Program-made: the position numbers and the translations under genes | Source: Tubiluchus corallicola | Lineage: Eukaryota > Animalia > Priapulida | Direction: 5' to 3' | DNA: 60,734 bases | Assembly: GCA_030141605.1 (NCBI GenBank) | Contig: JAQGDQ010001127.1 | Coordinates: forward strand, 1 to 60,734 | Part shown: positions 40,461-52,870 of the stretch, in pieces | Position numbering within the stretch: position 1 is the stretch's first letter | How the letters are laid out: every line of letters begins with the position of its first letter | The notes under the pieces: model-generated | What the model was told of the DNA's origin: nothing | Databases searched by the model: none | Seen by the model: the letters and a program-made list of their open reading frames with translations, nothing else

Positions 40461-40899
40461 CACCTGCAGATTTCATTCTGGGCCACACTTACCCACTTAC
40501 TTACTCACCATGACCACTCCGATTTTATCCTACCTACATTTGTTTACTACATGCCTTATCCACTACACATTACTACAATACACTGTTTGCTCACAATAGC
40601 CATAATAATCGGTATCAAATGTGGGTATAACAGGCCAAAAAACCTAAAACAAGCAAATCCCCTTTCAGCACGGTTATTTCTGTTCACTAGAAACCAGGCA
40701 GTGCTGCAAGGAATAATATTAATGAGGACCAAAGTGTCAGAACTCAAACTCGTGTGTACTTCTGTTACTCTAAACATCTATTGTAGACATAGAGCTTCTA
40801 TCCTTTATTAGAGCACTCCACTTTTTTCTGGCTGCAGTTAAAATTTTCAATACCTTTGATGCTATTTTTAGGTTTGGTTCCAGCTGTTATAAATCTTTA

Positions 40900-41955
40900 T
40901 TAATTGTTGATAACCAGGTTGTTTTGGTTTGTCTGGAGGTCGTTTAGTAGGTTTCAGTGCCTAGTTTAATGCTAATCTTACTGGTGTTGTTTATGGCAGT
41001 CTCATTAAATGTCCTACCCATCTTAGTCTTTTGATTATGATTTTAGCGCTTCTAAGTTCTTCTTTGGTTCTGTTATACAACTGCTCATTTGAAACGATAT
41101 ACGGCCATTTTATTTTTAAGATTTTTCTGAGTAGGCTGCTGTGAAATACATTTACTTCTGCTTTCTGCATTGCTGTTATGCCCCACATTTCACTGTTGTA
41201 CACGAAGATACTAGTTACATATGTATTAAAGAGTTGCACGCAGCCTTGTTTTGAGGGATGGTTTCTTGTGGTTAGAATTGATTTATTTTGGCTAAAACCA
41301 TACGTTGCCTATTTTTGATATCATCTTCTGTGTTAAGTAGTGATCCCATGTATTTGCAACGTTAGTAAATCTATCAATAAATAAAAAAAAGTTTCCAGGA
41401 TTGATCTCCATGCTGTGATATGTGATATTTTTCAGTTTTCGTGTTGTTATTTTACGTGTTCTTCTTCTTCAAAATCTCATTCCACCTGTTGTAGGCACTG
41501 AGGTATCAACATTGATCAGAGTATTCCACCCTCTTCTATCTGCAGCTATAAGCGTAAGTTGATCTACTCCTAAAGATAGATTTTGTTGAACATCTTTATT
41601 TATTTTACTTAGCTATCCAAATTGTTTTAGCCTTTTAGGTTTACCAGGTGGTTCTTTTCAAGGTTTTAAGGTTTCCTTTAAGGCCATTCTTATTGGTAGT
41701 TCATTTGGTAATCTTAGAAGATGTCCTAGCCATCCTAATATTCGGATCTTGACTTTTGAACTCCAAGAAATTTCTTTTGTTCTGGTGTATAAATCTTCAT
41801 TTTTGATTACGTATGGCCATCTTATCTTTAAAACTTTCCTAAGGAGACTTCTATGAAATGTGTCAATCTCCTTTTCTTGAGTAATCGTTAAACCCCAAGT
41901 TTCACTGTTGCACATAAATATGCTGGTAACGTAAGCATTAAATAATTTTACATGT
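40900..41955 (-). mobile_element. Two adjacent decayed RTE-clade LINE 3' fragments
   Basis: YNSEMW...LRKILKIKWP...RLRWVGHLMRLP and CNSETW...LRKVLKIRWP...WLGHLLRLP are RTE ORF2 C-terminal motifs. Confidence 0.8.
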
Positions 41956-42966
41956 AAAAACTCAAATTATAAAAAATAATTTAATCAATATGGCAAATCT
42001 TCGCCCCGATTTCAAAATTGGCTTCACCAATTCACCTCTACGACTGTTATGATAAAAGATGAAGGGCTATTTGCCTTGTAGGTACCGATCCCTATTATTT
42101 TGACAAATTTACCTTATAGTTTTTGTCAAAGCAATTATCAATTCGGGAATTATAAACTAACATCGAGTTGAGTCAGTCAAGCTTGGTTTTCTCAAAGTTA
42201 TCTAAGCAAGCCTGATTATGCGTTTTGAACAAAACTCTCAATGCCGGTTAACGCGAATGTCGCCAAAGCTTTTGAAATGAAAAAGTTGAGAAGACACAGT
42301 GCAAGCTTCAGTGTATTTACACCTACTATATGACTAGAAATTATCCTTAAAAAGAAAAAAGAAAAAGCACAAAAACACCACACACAATTTTGTGTAATAC
42401 GATTGATCATGCAAACAAAAAGTATAATAATAATAATATGTCACAGAAAACACTGAAAAAACCAAAAATATGCAAGAAGGTCTAGTGAAATCCCAAAATG
42501 ATCGAATAGCATTGCAGGACTAAAAATACCAGGGCGGAAACATTCAAACGAGCAGGCCGTTGATGCATTTCTGCCTAATAAATGCAGAAAGATAGGAAAA
42601 AATGATTGTTGTGTGTTATCAGAAGAGAGACGTTAATGCAAAACTATTATTGGCTGTAAAGCAGTAAGCAGAATAAAAGACTAAACATTTTATAGTTCAC
42701 GTCAAACAATTACAATTAAAATTAATTATCAAAACTGTAAAAGTTTGACTATAACAATTATAGTGAGAGAAGACAAAAACATGGCAGACCATTTCAAAAT
42801 TATTGCAAATGAAATTTATCAGAACATTCCTATCATACGTCATTTTTACAATTTTGTGATTGACATTAATACGAGTGCAAATTGATTTTTATATCAGGTG
42901 TAAACACGAAAAGCTCCTAATTCTAGTATACAAAATGACCGTACACTGCACAGTTTGTCATTCAAC

Positions 42967-42967
<1 letters not shown>

Positions 42968-43057
<90 letters not shown>

Positions 43058-43085
43058 GTTATTATTATTATTATTATTATTATTA
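42968..43085. repeat. (ATT)n microsatellite
   Basis: About 39 units; the source of the poly-I and poly-N ORFs. Confidence 0.98.
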
Positions 43086-43604
43086 AGTATCTGATATTCG
43101 TGAGCCTCTGCTACGTGTGTATAGACTTTAGGTTTGCTCGCCTTGTCAGTGACGCGGTAAGTCTGATGACATGCGCACTGTATCAAACCCCGCCTACTTT
43201 CAAATTTTGGTCGTAAATTTGGCCCCATTAAGAAAAAACTAGCTTTACGTCAGGCTAATGCGTTATTAAATTTTAGTGTTGTTAATTCAAGGAGAAGATA
43301 AGTAAGAAAGGCATCTGCATGGTTAACAATACGTACTATTGTCGTTTTTTTAAAATTCGACTTTAAACATTTAAGACGAACTTTAAAGCACAAGAAACCC
43401 CTTCACTTACATAAAACTTAAAAAATTCGTCTTGAAATTTTATACCACTTACATACTGCCCTTTTGCATGCAGGGTTTGCGTCGGCAGTAACGCTGTATA
43501 AAACTTGTAAATTTAAACTCCCGCGATTCTAGGAAGAATCAACGCAACTTTGATGGTAGAGGCTACACAGAAGCTACGTACCAAATGTCCTCTTGTTCTA
43601 AGGT

Positions 43605-44052
43605 AGATTCTACGTAGTCTTTTCTGTGTATGTTGCAGGGTAGATTTAACGTAGAGTTTTAGTGTAACTTCTACGGTAGAGTTAACGTAGTTATTCTATA
43701 TAAGTTCTACGTAGAACTAACGTTGCTATCCTACATAAATTCTACAGTAGAATTAACATAGTTATTCTAAATAAGTTTTACGTAGAACTAACGTGGCCCT
43801 TCTACATAAATTCTACAGTAGAATTAACGTAGTTATTCTAAATAAGTTTTACGTAGAACTAACGTAGCTATCCTACATAAATTCTACAGTAGAATTAACG
43901 TACTTATTCTAAATAAGTTCTACGTAGAACTAACGTAGCTGTTCTACATAAATTCTACTGCAGAATTAACCTAGCTATTCTACATTCATTCTACGTAAAA
44001 TTAACGAAGTTATACTGCATAAATTCTACAGTAGAATTAACGTAGCTATTCT
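43605..44052. repeat. 71-bp minisatellite built from two related 35/36-bp halves, about 6 copies
   Basis: gtagaactaac at 43711, 43782, 43853 and 43924, alternating with gtagaattaac. Confidence 0.9.
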
Positions 44053-44258
44053 GCTATTGGCTTTTCTTTTCCAGATATATTCGTAAAATTTATATAAGAC
44101 AATCAAAACACATAATTTACAATTTAAATTGACATTTAGTACTTTATTAAAGTGCTAATATTATTAAACTGCTAATATTATACATATTTACTAAATTCAC
44201 AAATAAAAATTATCACAAACAATCTCGATTATATACTGCTCACAAAAAAATCTAGCTG

Positions 44259-44292
<34 letters not shown>

Positions 44293-46066
44293 AAATCAGC
44301 TAGATTTTTTATCAGCTATATATATATATATATATATATATATGCATAAAATTGCTGTAAAGTAATATAATTTTTAAGGCGATTTTTCTGAAACCTACTT
44401 CAGGTACTTCTTTTCTTGTCCTTTAAATCGTGTACAAGTTCTCCATCAATGATAACATAAAATTATTTTATTACATTTTTATTCATGTTTTAACAGGGAC
44501 AAAGTTACGAGAGCGAGGTGTGTGTTGCTAGTTTTGATAGTAAATGGCTTGCTTGGCTTGCATTGCTGTATGCGTTTTTTCATTTCATCATCTCCTCACC
44601 TCTGTCACTTAAAATGGTTTGTACTTACCTGTTGGAGTGCTTCGTTTGCTTATGCAGAAAAAGCAATACCTGTTCTGAACAGATGAGTTGATAATTTTCT
44701 TTGGTACAGACGTTCGTTGTTGGTCTGACTAGTGGGCATGTTCCAGCATACCTGTAGTTAAAGTATTTGTCTGGAAAGGCTAGTGTACACGATCTGTGAT
44801 GTAACTTCTTTACCATGGAGAGCTGAGCTAAGTGTTGTTTTGGCAAAAAGGGCAGTGTTCCTGTTGCATAGCCTGTCTTTCTCAGTCTCTTTGCTGTTAC
44901 ATGGTTTGAAGAGCTGGTCAAGCCACAGAAGTGTGATGTTATTCCATTCCAGTGAGCTGTTGGTACGTTGGTGTTGTAGACTACAAGAGGGTAGGTGGAA
45001 GCTGTTGGTTAGTTGTCGTCATCTGTATTGTTATGGCTCATGTAGGATCGTCATGTTGCCGGCGTCAGCGTTGTCATTGTGAGAGGATCGTCAAGTTGTG
45101 CACAATATCGGCATGAACATTCAAATAAGTTATGCGCATTCATTTTCTTATCCTCGCCTTTCCTTGGGGGTTTACACAGCAAGCCATTAGTAGTAATTTT
45201 GAACTCTTATTGTTGAGTTGTTGTTGTACTCTTTTCTTTTGTAATAATTACAGCTTTAAAATTTATGTTCCATCTTGTTTTGTTTTTAACTAAATAGCCT
45301 TAAAAAACAACAGACGAACCCGTAAAAATACATGTAGTATATTTTCCTGATCATTATAAAATTAGGAATGCAATAGCCCTCGGCACGTTACGATGAGTAA
45401 CACTTCTATGGCGAAAAATTTTGCTTTTGAAATACAAATTGAATCCAGTAGTTCGGGCTATTATTAAAATTTTAATAATATCGATAATAGAAGTCATAAT
45501 GATTCAGAACGCTTGGTCACAGAATTTGAAGGAAAATACGAATTACAGGCACGCATAATTTTGGTTAGCAGGCCTAATGATCGAGTTTTTGTGATACTGT
45601 ACACAGATTTGTATGGATTGTACAAACCTACGTGTAATAAGCAAATGTTTGCATTATTCACGATAACATTAGTAGATTTACGATTTACATTAGATAAACG
45701 GTTTAATTTCGAAAACGTCGCGATTTTTATGAGTTTTATGTTTTATGAGTGGGGAATTAATCGAAGCCGTTGCAGAATATTTGACGAGATTTGAACACTC
45801 ATCACACTGCCGCATACGAAGCCTTATTATACATTTTGTCGCATCAAACCAGCGCCTGCGCGCGCGCCACATGACAAGCTGTAATTATTACGAGGGAGTA
45901 CTGACACTAACCAACTCGATTACTATACTAATAACTACACGTCCACAAGACTTTTGAACTACGAACCACAGACTTCAGCTTGGATTTCATAAAAAGATTA
46001 TGTGCAGTCAAGTTGAAACATTCAGGCTTATTTACAATGTACAATAGGCTGCATTTAATGTATAGG

Positions 46067-46108
<42 letters not shown>

Positions 46109-47034
46109 TAAGGCTTTGAAACTGTTAGCGTTTTGGTATTCTGGGACTAACTACGAAATACCCATTTGTTCCACCGAAGCATATAGCTCACTAAAAGCGC
46201 GCCTGCTCTCATGTTAGTGTTTAAGTATTTAAATATTTTCGTTTTTTTAGTTTTGTCTTTCCGGGATCTTTCACAAGAGCCTCACTAACTTGATTTTCAA
46301 GTTCCTTTCGACAAACGACGTTTATCACGTGGTAAACACTTGTTCTGTAGTTGGAGAATATTCTATACAATTGTATATAAAGTCCAAAAATCAATTACAG
46401 CATTAGGTATAGGGCTGACCGTAGGTCCCCTAAATTGACTCATGCTTCAGGTACACGCCAAGTTAACCGGGCTCTGTTCACTGTACTTTATAGTCGCTGG
46501 CAATTTATAACCAGCCTGACAAAAGAAATTATGATTCTTCAAGCGAATGAATAAAATTAAATTAAAATAAGTTTAGAATTTAATTTCGGAAAGTTTTAGG
46601 AAAAAGCTGCCACAAATTCACGAAATGGTCTTCTCTCTACCAATCTTTGCTTTGCTCCACTTTGTTCGCTATTTTTGTACTTCAAATAATTCGACCATAA
46701 CACTGACATATAAAAATTACTCAAATCACTTTATAAAAAACGTACAATGCGTCCAAAAGTCAAAGATACGGAATGAGATTACAATTCATAATAAAGATCT
46801 GACATACTGCTCGGCATAGAAATGTCGAATTTTTCTATTTTCCATTGATATTATTAAGTACTAGAAGTTCATTATTAAGCCTAGTTGTAAGAAACAACAA
46901 TTTATAATTATATTGTTCGTCGCAAAATTGCAGCTTTCACTATTTCCATAAAAGTAGACAGTGTGTCATTTTTTTTCAAATAATGGAGATAAAACAAACC
47001 CAAACCTTGAGTAACATTGCGTTTAGAACAATGC

Positions 47035-47312
47035 GTTTCTTTCATATGTAGGGGATATGACTTAATTTAGCACTGAACAACTGCAGGTAAGCTTTTTAAT
47101 ACTTTATTATTATGATGTCACTTCGTCAGTGCACAAACCGCCAGTAACACAACTCGCCAATTCCCATTTCGCCAGTGTACACTTCACCAGTTGCACAATT
47201 TTGTCAGTAAGGCATTTTGCCAGTTGTCCATTTTCAATTGCCAGTTGCCAATGTACACTAACGTTCGCACATTTCACGAGTCGTACATTTGCCAATGCAC
47301 ATTTCGCCAGTT
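47035..47312. repeat. Dispersed ~270-bp repeat copy 1, with (c)atttcgccagt subrepeats (probable MITE)
   Basis: Direct homology to 47810-48082 (tttctttcatatgtagg...gtcacttcgtc...aacacaactcgccaatt). Confidence 0.8.
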
Positions 47313-47541
47313 CTCACTCGTCATGGTCGTATAACTAAATGATATAACAAAGACAGTGCGCTTGCAAAATACAAGAGAGCTTTTTAAAACTTTAGAAGCC
47401 AGACAGAGATCCTAGGGCCAGACAAGAGTCAAACTTTCCTATTTTCCTACCAGTGTTCAGTAAGATGTTATGTTACACCAATAACTCAATAAATTCACAA
47501 AAGCAATACTAACATTTAATTAGAAAATTTAAAAATTATAT

Positions 47542-47617
47542 ACCTCAAAGTGGGACTGTCACCCAGAGGATCTAGTGCTTTCCGGGGCAGCTATGCTGGC
47601 CACTACACCACAGAGGC
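47542..47617 (-). pseudogene. Degenerate tRNA-Gly-like sequence (tRNA pseudogene or SINE head)
   Basis: The minus strand GCCTCTGTGGTGTAGTGGCCAGCATAGCTGCC...AAGCA resembles the tRNA-Gly(TCC) 5' half with an A box; the anticodon loop and B box are degenerate. Confidence 0.55.
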
Positions 47618-47809
47618 ACTCCACTTTTTAGACTCTTGCTCTAAAAGATAAGCTGTTGCTGGAAAATCAGTTTAATAATATACGATATAATATAATATAC
47701 TTACAGAAGCCAGTTGTGTAAGATATGTGTTGATCTGTTCCTGTTGTTCAAGTAATGCGTGATGTGTTTGCATAATACCTTTAATTTTTATTGCATGTGG
47801 TTAACTATG

Positions 47810-48082
47810 CATTTCTTTCATATGTAGGACATTTGACTTAATTCAGCATTGAACACCTGTAGTTCTAAGACTTTATTTTTTAAGAATATTGTTATAATGT
47901 CACTTCGTCGGTGCACAAATCGCTAGTAACACAACTCGCCAATTGCCCATTCCGCCAGTGTACACTTTGCCAGTTGTACAATTTTGCTCATAAGGCATTT
48001 TGCCAGTTGACCATTTCGCCAATGTACACTGCCGTTGGCACATTTCGCAAGTGGTACATTTGCCAGTGTACATTTCGCTAGT
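47810..48082. repeat. Dispersed ~270-bp repeat copy 2
   Basis: Direct homology to 47035-47312. Confidence 0.8.
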
Positions 48083-49832
48083 ATCAGTATCAGCACGTCC
48101 AACTGCGCGACGTGCAAAGTAAGGCTGTCACTACCGGTACTCAACACTTTACATGTATGCATGAACCCACGAAAGATAAATAATGTGCGAACATTTTGCC
48201 TATTGTTGCAGTTTTCGAGCAACTATTAGAAGCACCATCGCAAAGTCGCAGTCACTTTTTCGTATGAAATAAAGGGAAATTCCCATATTACTGATCTTCT
48301 CGGACAAAAAGTATGGCAGCTCCTTTTACAGTTTAATAAAGGAACATTTACTAAAGAATTAGTATTACAGTTGTATTTAGCCTCACTGGGGAATCCGCCA
48401 TAGTGGAAGTAAATCGCACATGCTCAATGCTGTCCACGTGATGAACCAAATATGGTCATTAACTATGATTTAAAGCTGCAGTACCAACACCACCGCGTTG
48501 CTTCGAGGAGAGGGAAGGAGGAAATCGATAAGTTCCTACACTTGAGCATCTCTTTATGCTGAGAAAAAGCGACAAGTGTAAGCAGGTACAGCGACAAACG
48601 CTTAGAGGTGCTCTATATAATAGACGCTGGTATATAAAGGGGCCAGGAGATCATTCTCCTCGTTTTTCAAAATAGTTTTTCATTATTTCACGTACACCAG
48701 AATGCATGTCAGCGTCAGGACACTAGACTCTATCAGTGCAAGCAACAAGAAAACAAAAAATGTATAATAATTACAACCATTGCGGATGGGATTTTATCTG
48801 AGAGACATTCTTTAATATCTTTTGTAACTGTAGATTCTTGTGATCGATCACATACTACTAATTTCACATTAAATAGTTACCACTTTGAAATCGTGATTTT
48901 TAAACTCAGCAGTGGCCGAAATTTGAAAGCGCAATGTTTTGCGCTTTTACTTTTGAGCGATTCTGCAAATTTGTCTAATAGAAATTAACTGCAGAAATTG
49001 ATTAAAATTGGCAGAGGGGATTACTCGAAGAAGATGCTAGAATTTTGAATTGCTAAGATAGAGTTTTACAAAGAAATATTTCAAGACATAAGTTAAGCAA
49101 CTCATTTTATATCGCTATAGTAAACTTGGCACAAAAACTATATTAGCCTATATTATGCCATTCATTAAAATTAAAGCTATTTTAATTAACGTATTGGAAG
49201 GCAAAATCAAAAGATATAGGGTGCTTTAGGCCTATGTAGGACAAATTGCGTCGTTTTCATCTACATTGTTCACTTTTAATTAATTATATTCATAAGTATT
49301 GGAAAATACGTCGTGGACATACTGTACCTATTCTAACTACATTTATTTCATGCCGGACTTATAATATTTAATAAAGCTGTAATTATAACTTCAGAAAAAT
49401 TACCATTAATATGCTCTTAAGTGTTTGTTTATTTTAGTGATTATGGCTACTGATTTTTCCAAAATTAATGATAATTTTTTTATTCTTTTCATCATGCCTT
49501 TGTTGAAGCATATACTGTAACGGAAAGTAGAAGCAGAAATAATATTGTTCGAAAAAATTCGTTTTCGTAAAGACTTTGGAAACCTAACCAAACCTTCACA
49601 TTAATACAATTTTTAAACATGTTTAAACAGCGACTTTGAGGCTGTTTTAAATTTTCGTAGCAAAAATTAGGTTTAATTTATAAATCAAAGATTACAAATT
49701 TGAATTTTAGCTTTGAAAAAATTAGTCTGCTGGCGCTGATACATAACGAAGAGAAAAAGTGAGGTGCTATTCATATTAGTAAGTAAGACACTTCTCTTTC
49801 TTCACAAGAAAACATAATTAAGAAAAACTCAC

Positions 49833-50239
49833 CAAGCTTTCTTCTTGCTCCTGCAGCTGTAATTCTCACCGGCTGCCAATGACAACCTTATTCCAGTCTA
49901 TCCGTGTGCACATCCTCATCTATACCGGTTTCCAAGGCAATCAGCACTTGTGGTTACCAGGGAAACCAGCTCCAGTGTGCAAGATTGGGGCGAATTGATC
50001 ACCAGCTTCACCTGAATCCGGTGCATTAGTCGCAAGCGGTTGCTGGTTGGCATGGTAACTGATTCTTTGATTCCAACAGATGAGCCCTGTAGATCAATGG
50101 GGGATAATGCTGAGCTGTTCTCTCACCTCGCTGGATACCATGCACTATTGAGGACACCAAGGCGTATTCACGTATTCACGGCTTCATGTTGGTATAACTG
50201 GCTTCATCTCAATATAATAGTGGTACTCCAAATTCATAC
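49833..50239 (-). other. Candidate CtBP 5'-UTR exon (non-coding, uORF-rich)
   Basis: Acceptor gttttgttacgctttag| at 50240/50239 and donor TTG|gtgagt at 49833/49832; GC-richer than flanks; no long ORF. Confidence 0.45.
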
Positions 50240-50755
50240 CTAAAGCGTAACAAAACACACAATGAAAAACAGCAGATTATTTTTGCTTAAGTTTGGCGAG
50301 GGGAATAGCCGAGTTTTTACTGCGTGTGCTCAGTGAGTGAAGTTAAGCAATACTGTTTCCGGTGAGTGAATGAATGGGTTTCAAGCAAATTCAGTGCTCG
50401 TTCTGGGCGGTTTGATTCGCCATACTGATTTTGGCTGTTTATCTTATTGAGGCAGATTCTATTCACATCCAAATGTGGCTGAGACACCTCTGTCTGATCA
50501 GCGTTTCATTTTAGAAGATGATTTTTGATAATGAGGTATGTTCCAGTCCTGCTGTAACCATCTGCATTAAATAAATCTCATCAGCTAGCGTTGAATTCCG
50601 GTTGGCAGTATATAAAAAACTCACTGTGCTGATAATAATAAGATTGTACAATGGCGTGAAAGATGGTAAAAGAGTACGACTTAACATATTTGTGTGGAAA
50701 ACCTTAAAGGTGAAATTCAATATAAAACAAGTTTTTTCAATTTAAAAGAGCTAAC

Positions 50756-51062
50756 CGTAACTTAGATGTCGACGCTAATTTTATCAAATTTCATGGCTTC
50801 CTGCTCAAAGAAATCAGGCCTCGAAGTTGCATTTTTCCCCGAACACGTTTTGTTCAGTTTTGCTCGTGAAACTTCGGAAAATCGCGGATAAACAACTGTG
50901 TTAGCAACAGATTCTTTCGACACCTCGTCATTTCTGTGTCGCTGAATATGTAAACAATGCTCAACAGTGAAATGTGACAATTGACGATCAAACGCGTACG
51001 CAAGCACAACTAAGCACTAATAAGGAGTCCCTGGCGTCATCTAGCGAGTAAAACGCGCGAAA
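50756..51062 (-). promoter_or_regulatory. Candidate CtBP distal promoter and first exon
   Basis: CpG-rich; E2F-like TTTCGCGC at 51055-51062, Inr-like TTAGTT near 51011, donor ACG|gttagc at 50756/50755. Confidence 0.35.
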
Positions 51063-52559
51063 TGAACTTCCAGACTTTCTTAGAAAATGACAACTTTCTC
51101 TCGATTTTTCCTCTTACATAGGGGAACTCTTACCTCCAAGAAAAAGTTAAAAGTATCAGAAAATCTTAGTTGCAACATTTTTTTTCTGTTTTTGTGTAAA
51201 TCTAAAACTTCACGAACTGTACGATGTATTTGACGGTCAAAGACAACAGTAGGCGGACAACTGCTTTTAACGAGACCATCCTAGTTTACAGAGTTGAAAA
51301 CCTTTGTAAGCCAATAATTGTCAATAATAATAATATATGCCATAATTGCCTTTCTAGGGCAAGGGAGTTAAATAGACAGTAACGTTTGTCACATTTTTGC
51401 AGCTACAGTTAACACATTAGCACATTTATACATTTTTAGCCTGACATGTGACGTTTTTTGTTTTTGTGTGTGTTTTGTTTTGTTTTTTTAATTTTGTTCT
51501 ATAGTAATGTTAAGCGATTTGTCTTTTTTCTGGATATAAGATGAATGTTGTCATTTTACACACAATGCGTCTCGGTCCGTGTAACAAGATAATCTTTGTA
51601 CAGGTGTATCGCTTAAAGTACGATTGCAGTGCTTCTGGCATGTGTGTAAAACTATATCACATTTTAGTCATATTCACAGAAGATCATGTTATAGCTTTCG
51701 AAATAGGTTACTACTGTACATTGGCAATAGTATTTTAACTGCTATTATTAACTCACATAGACTTGTCAAGTCTTGACAAGTCTATACATATATATACATA
51801 TATATTAAATTGTATAGGAAGAAGATTATATATTGCTTATCTGATATTACAATGACAATAATTTCCTGCCAATTGTTTGCTATGCTAATTTTTTAATTAA
51901 ATTATGTAGGCAACGCTTATTGACTGTCTCCTATAATATTATGTATTCAGACCTACGCTGCCATAAGGATCTGTAGCCGAGCAGTTGAACATGCAAACTA
52001 TAACAATTTCAAGTATTACGGTTCAAGTTCAGTGTCGTCCACAACATTCAGCGATTTTTTCTTTAGTTATTATTAGCCGTAAAGTTAATTGTTGCAAACC
52101 GTTAGACTTATTACCCACGCCAAGAGCGTTTGTCTTTGACTGTCTGTCTGGCCTGTCCATCCGCCTGTCCGTATGTCTGTGGGTATTTCTTCTCCAACAG
52201 GGTGTTAGTCTGGGGAAGGAATGTTCCTGTTTGCATTAATTAAGTTCTTGTATTTTACACTAGTAATTTCTGAAATAAGTTAAACATAGTGTTCAATTGT
52301 TTCCAGATACCCGTTTCCACCCGAAGATATCACTAAGCACTGCGTGCCGAAATGCGTATAATTAGGTATGTGGAGGAGTAGAATCTGATTTTGTAAAAAA
52401 TAATGAGTTTCCAGGTTTTGTCCAAATCTGTTACTGTGCCAAGTTTGATGATTATACTTTCATCAGTTTTTGTTTTATTGTGCGAATAGACACACAGTGC
52501 GATTAAACGTGACTGCCTTCCCACTGTCAATAAATATGATACGGTACATTCAGTTTTTT

Positions 52560-52870
52560 TTGCACAAAGCATTTGGATAGTTTAATAGTGTCGTACACTT
52601 TTAGAATAGTGCACTCCAGTTTGGAATCCTTATAAAAAATCTCTGTGTGATGATAGAAAAGGACCAAGAGTACTTACTTAAAGTACGCACGTTGTGATCT
52701 AATTTGTACAAACTGTGCGGCACGTTTGTCCTTTTTGAATTTGCTTTCCTTGAAAGAAAGGAGAAACTGTTTGACCTAAGGATAAAGATAAAATATGCGA
52801 CATTTTGAGTCCTAAACTCTAATGATTTCTTCGCTCTAGCACCCGGCCTGGATAGAGAGGTTATAATTGG
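52560..52870 (+). mobile_element. Decayed CR1/L2-like LINE 3' fragment
   Basis: The nucleotides read approximately VRTLLE*CTPVWNPYKK, the LEYxxxVWxP motif; frameshifted. Confidence 0.45.

Noticed and set aside
40293-40811. 172-aa ORF as a host gene
   Set aside because: It overlaps a LINE 3' relic, uses a non-ATG start and has no recognisable domain or splice context.
42860-43228. Poly-Ile and poly-Asn ORFs; also the poly-LS ORF at 24249-24470
   Set aside because: Microsatellite artefacts.
44625-45960. Short ORFs and a CpG-rich patch as a gene or integrase zinc finger
   Set aside because: Only a vague resemblance to transposon proteins; no motif can be supported without a search.
50087-50101. 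PIDLQ, a PxDLS-like peptide in the candidate CtBP leader
   Set aside because: There is no ATG between the preceding stop and this motif, and it is an imperfect match.
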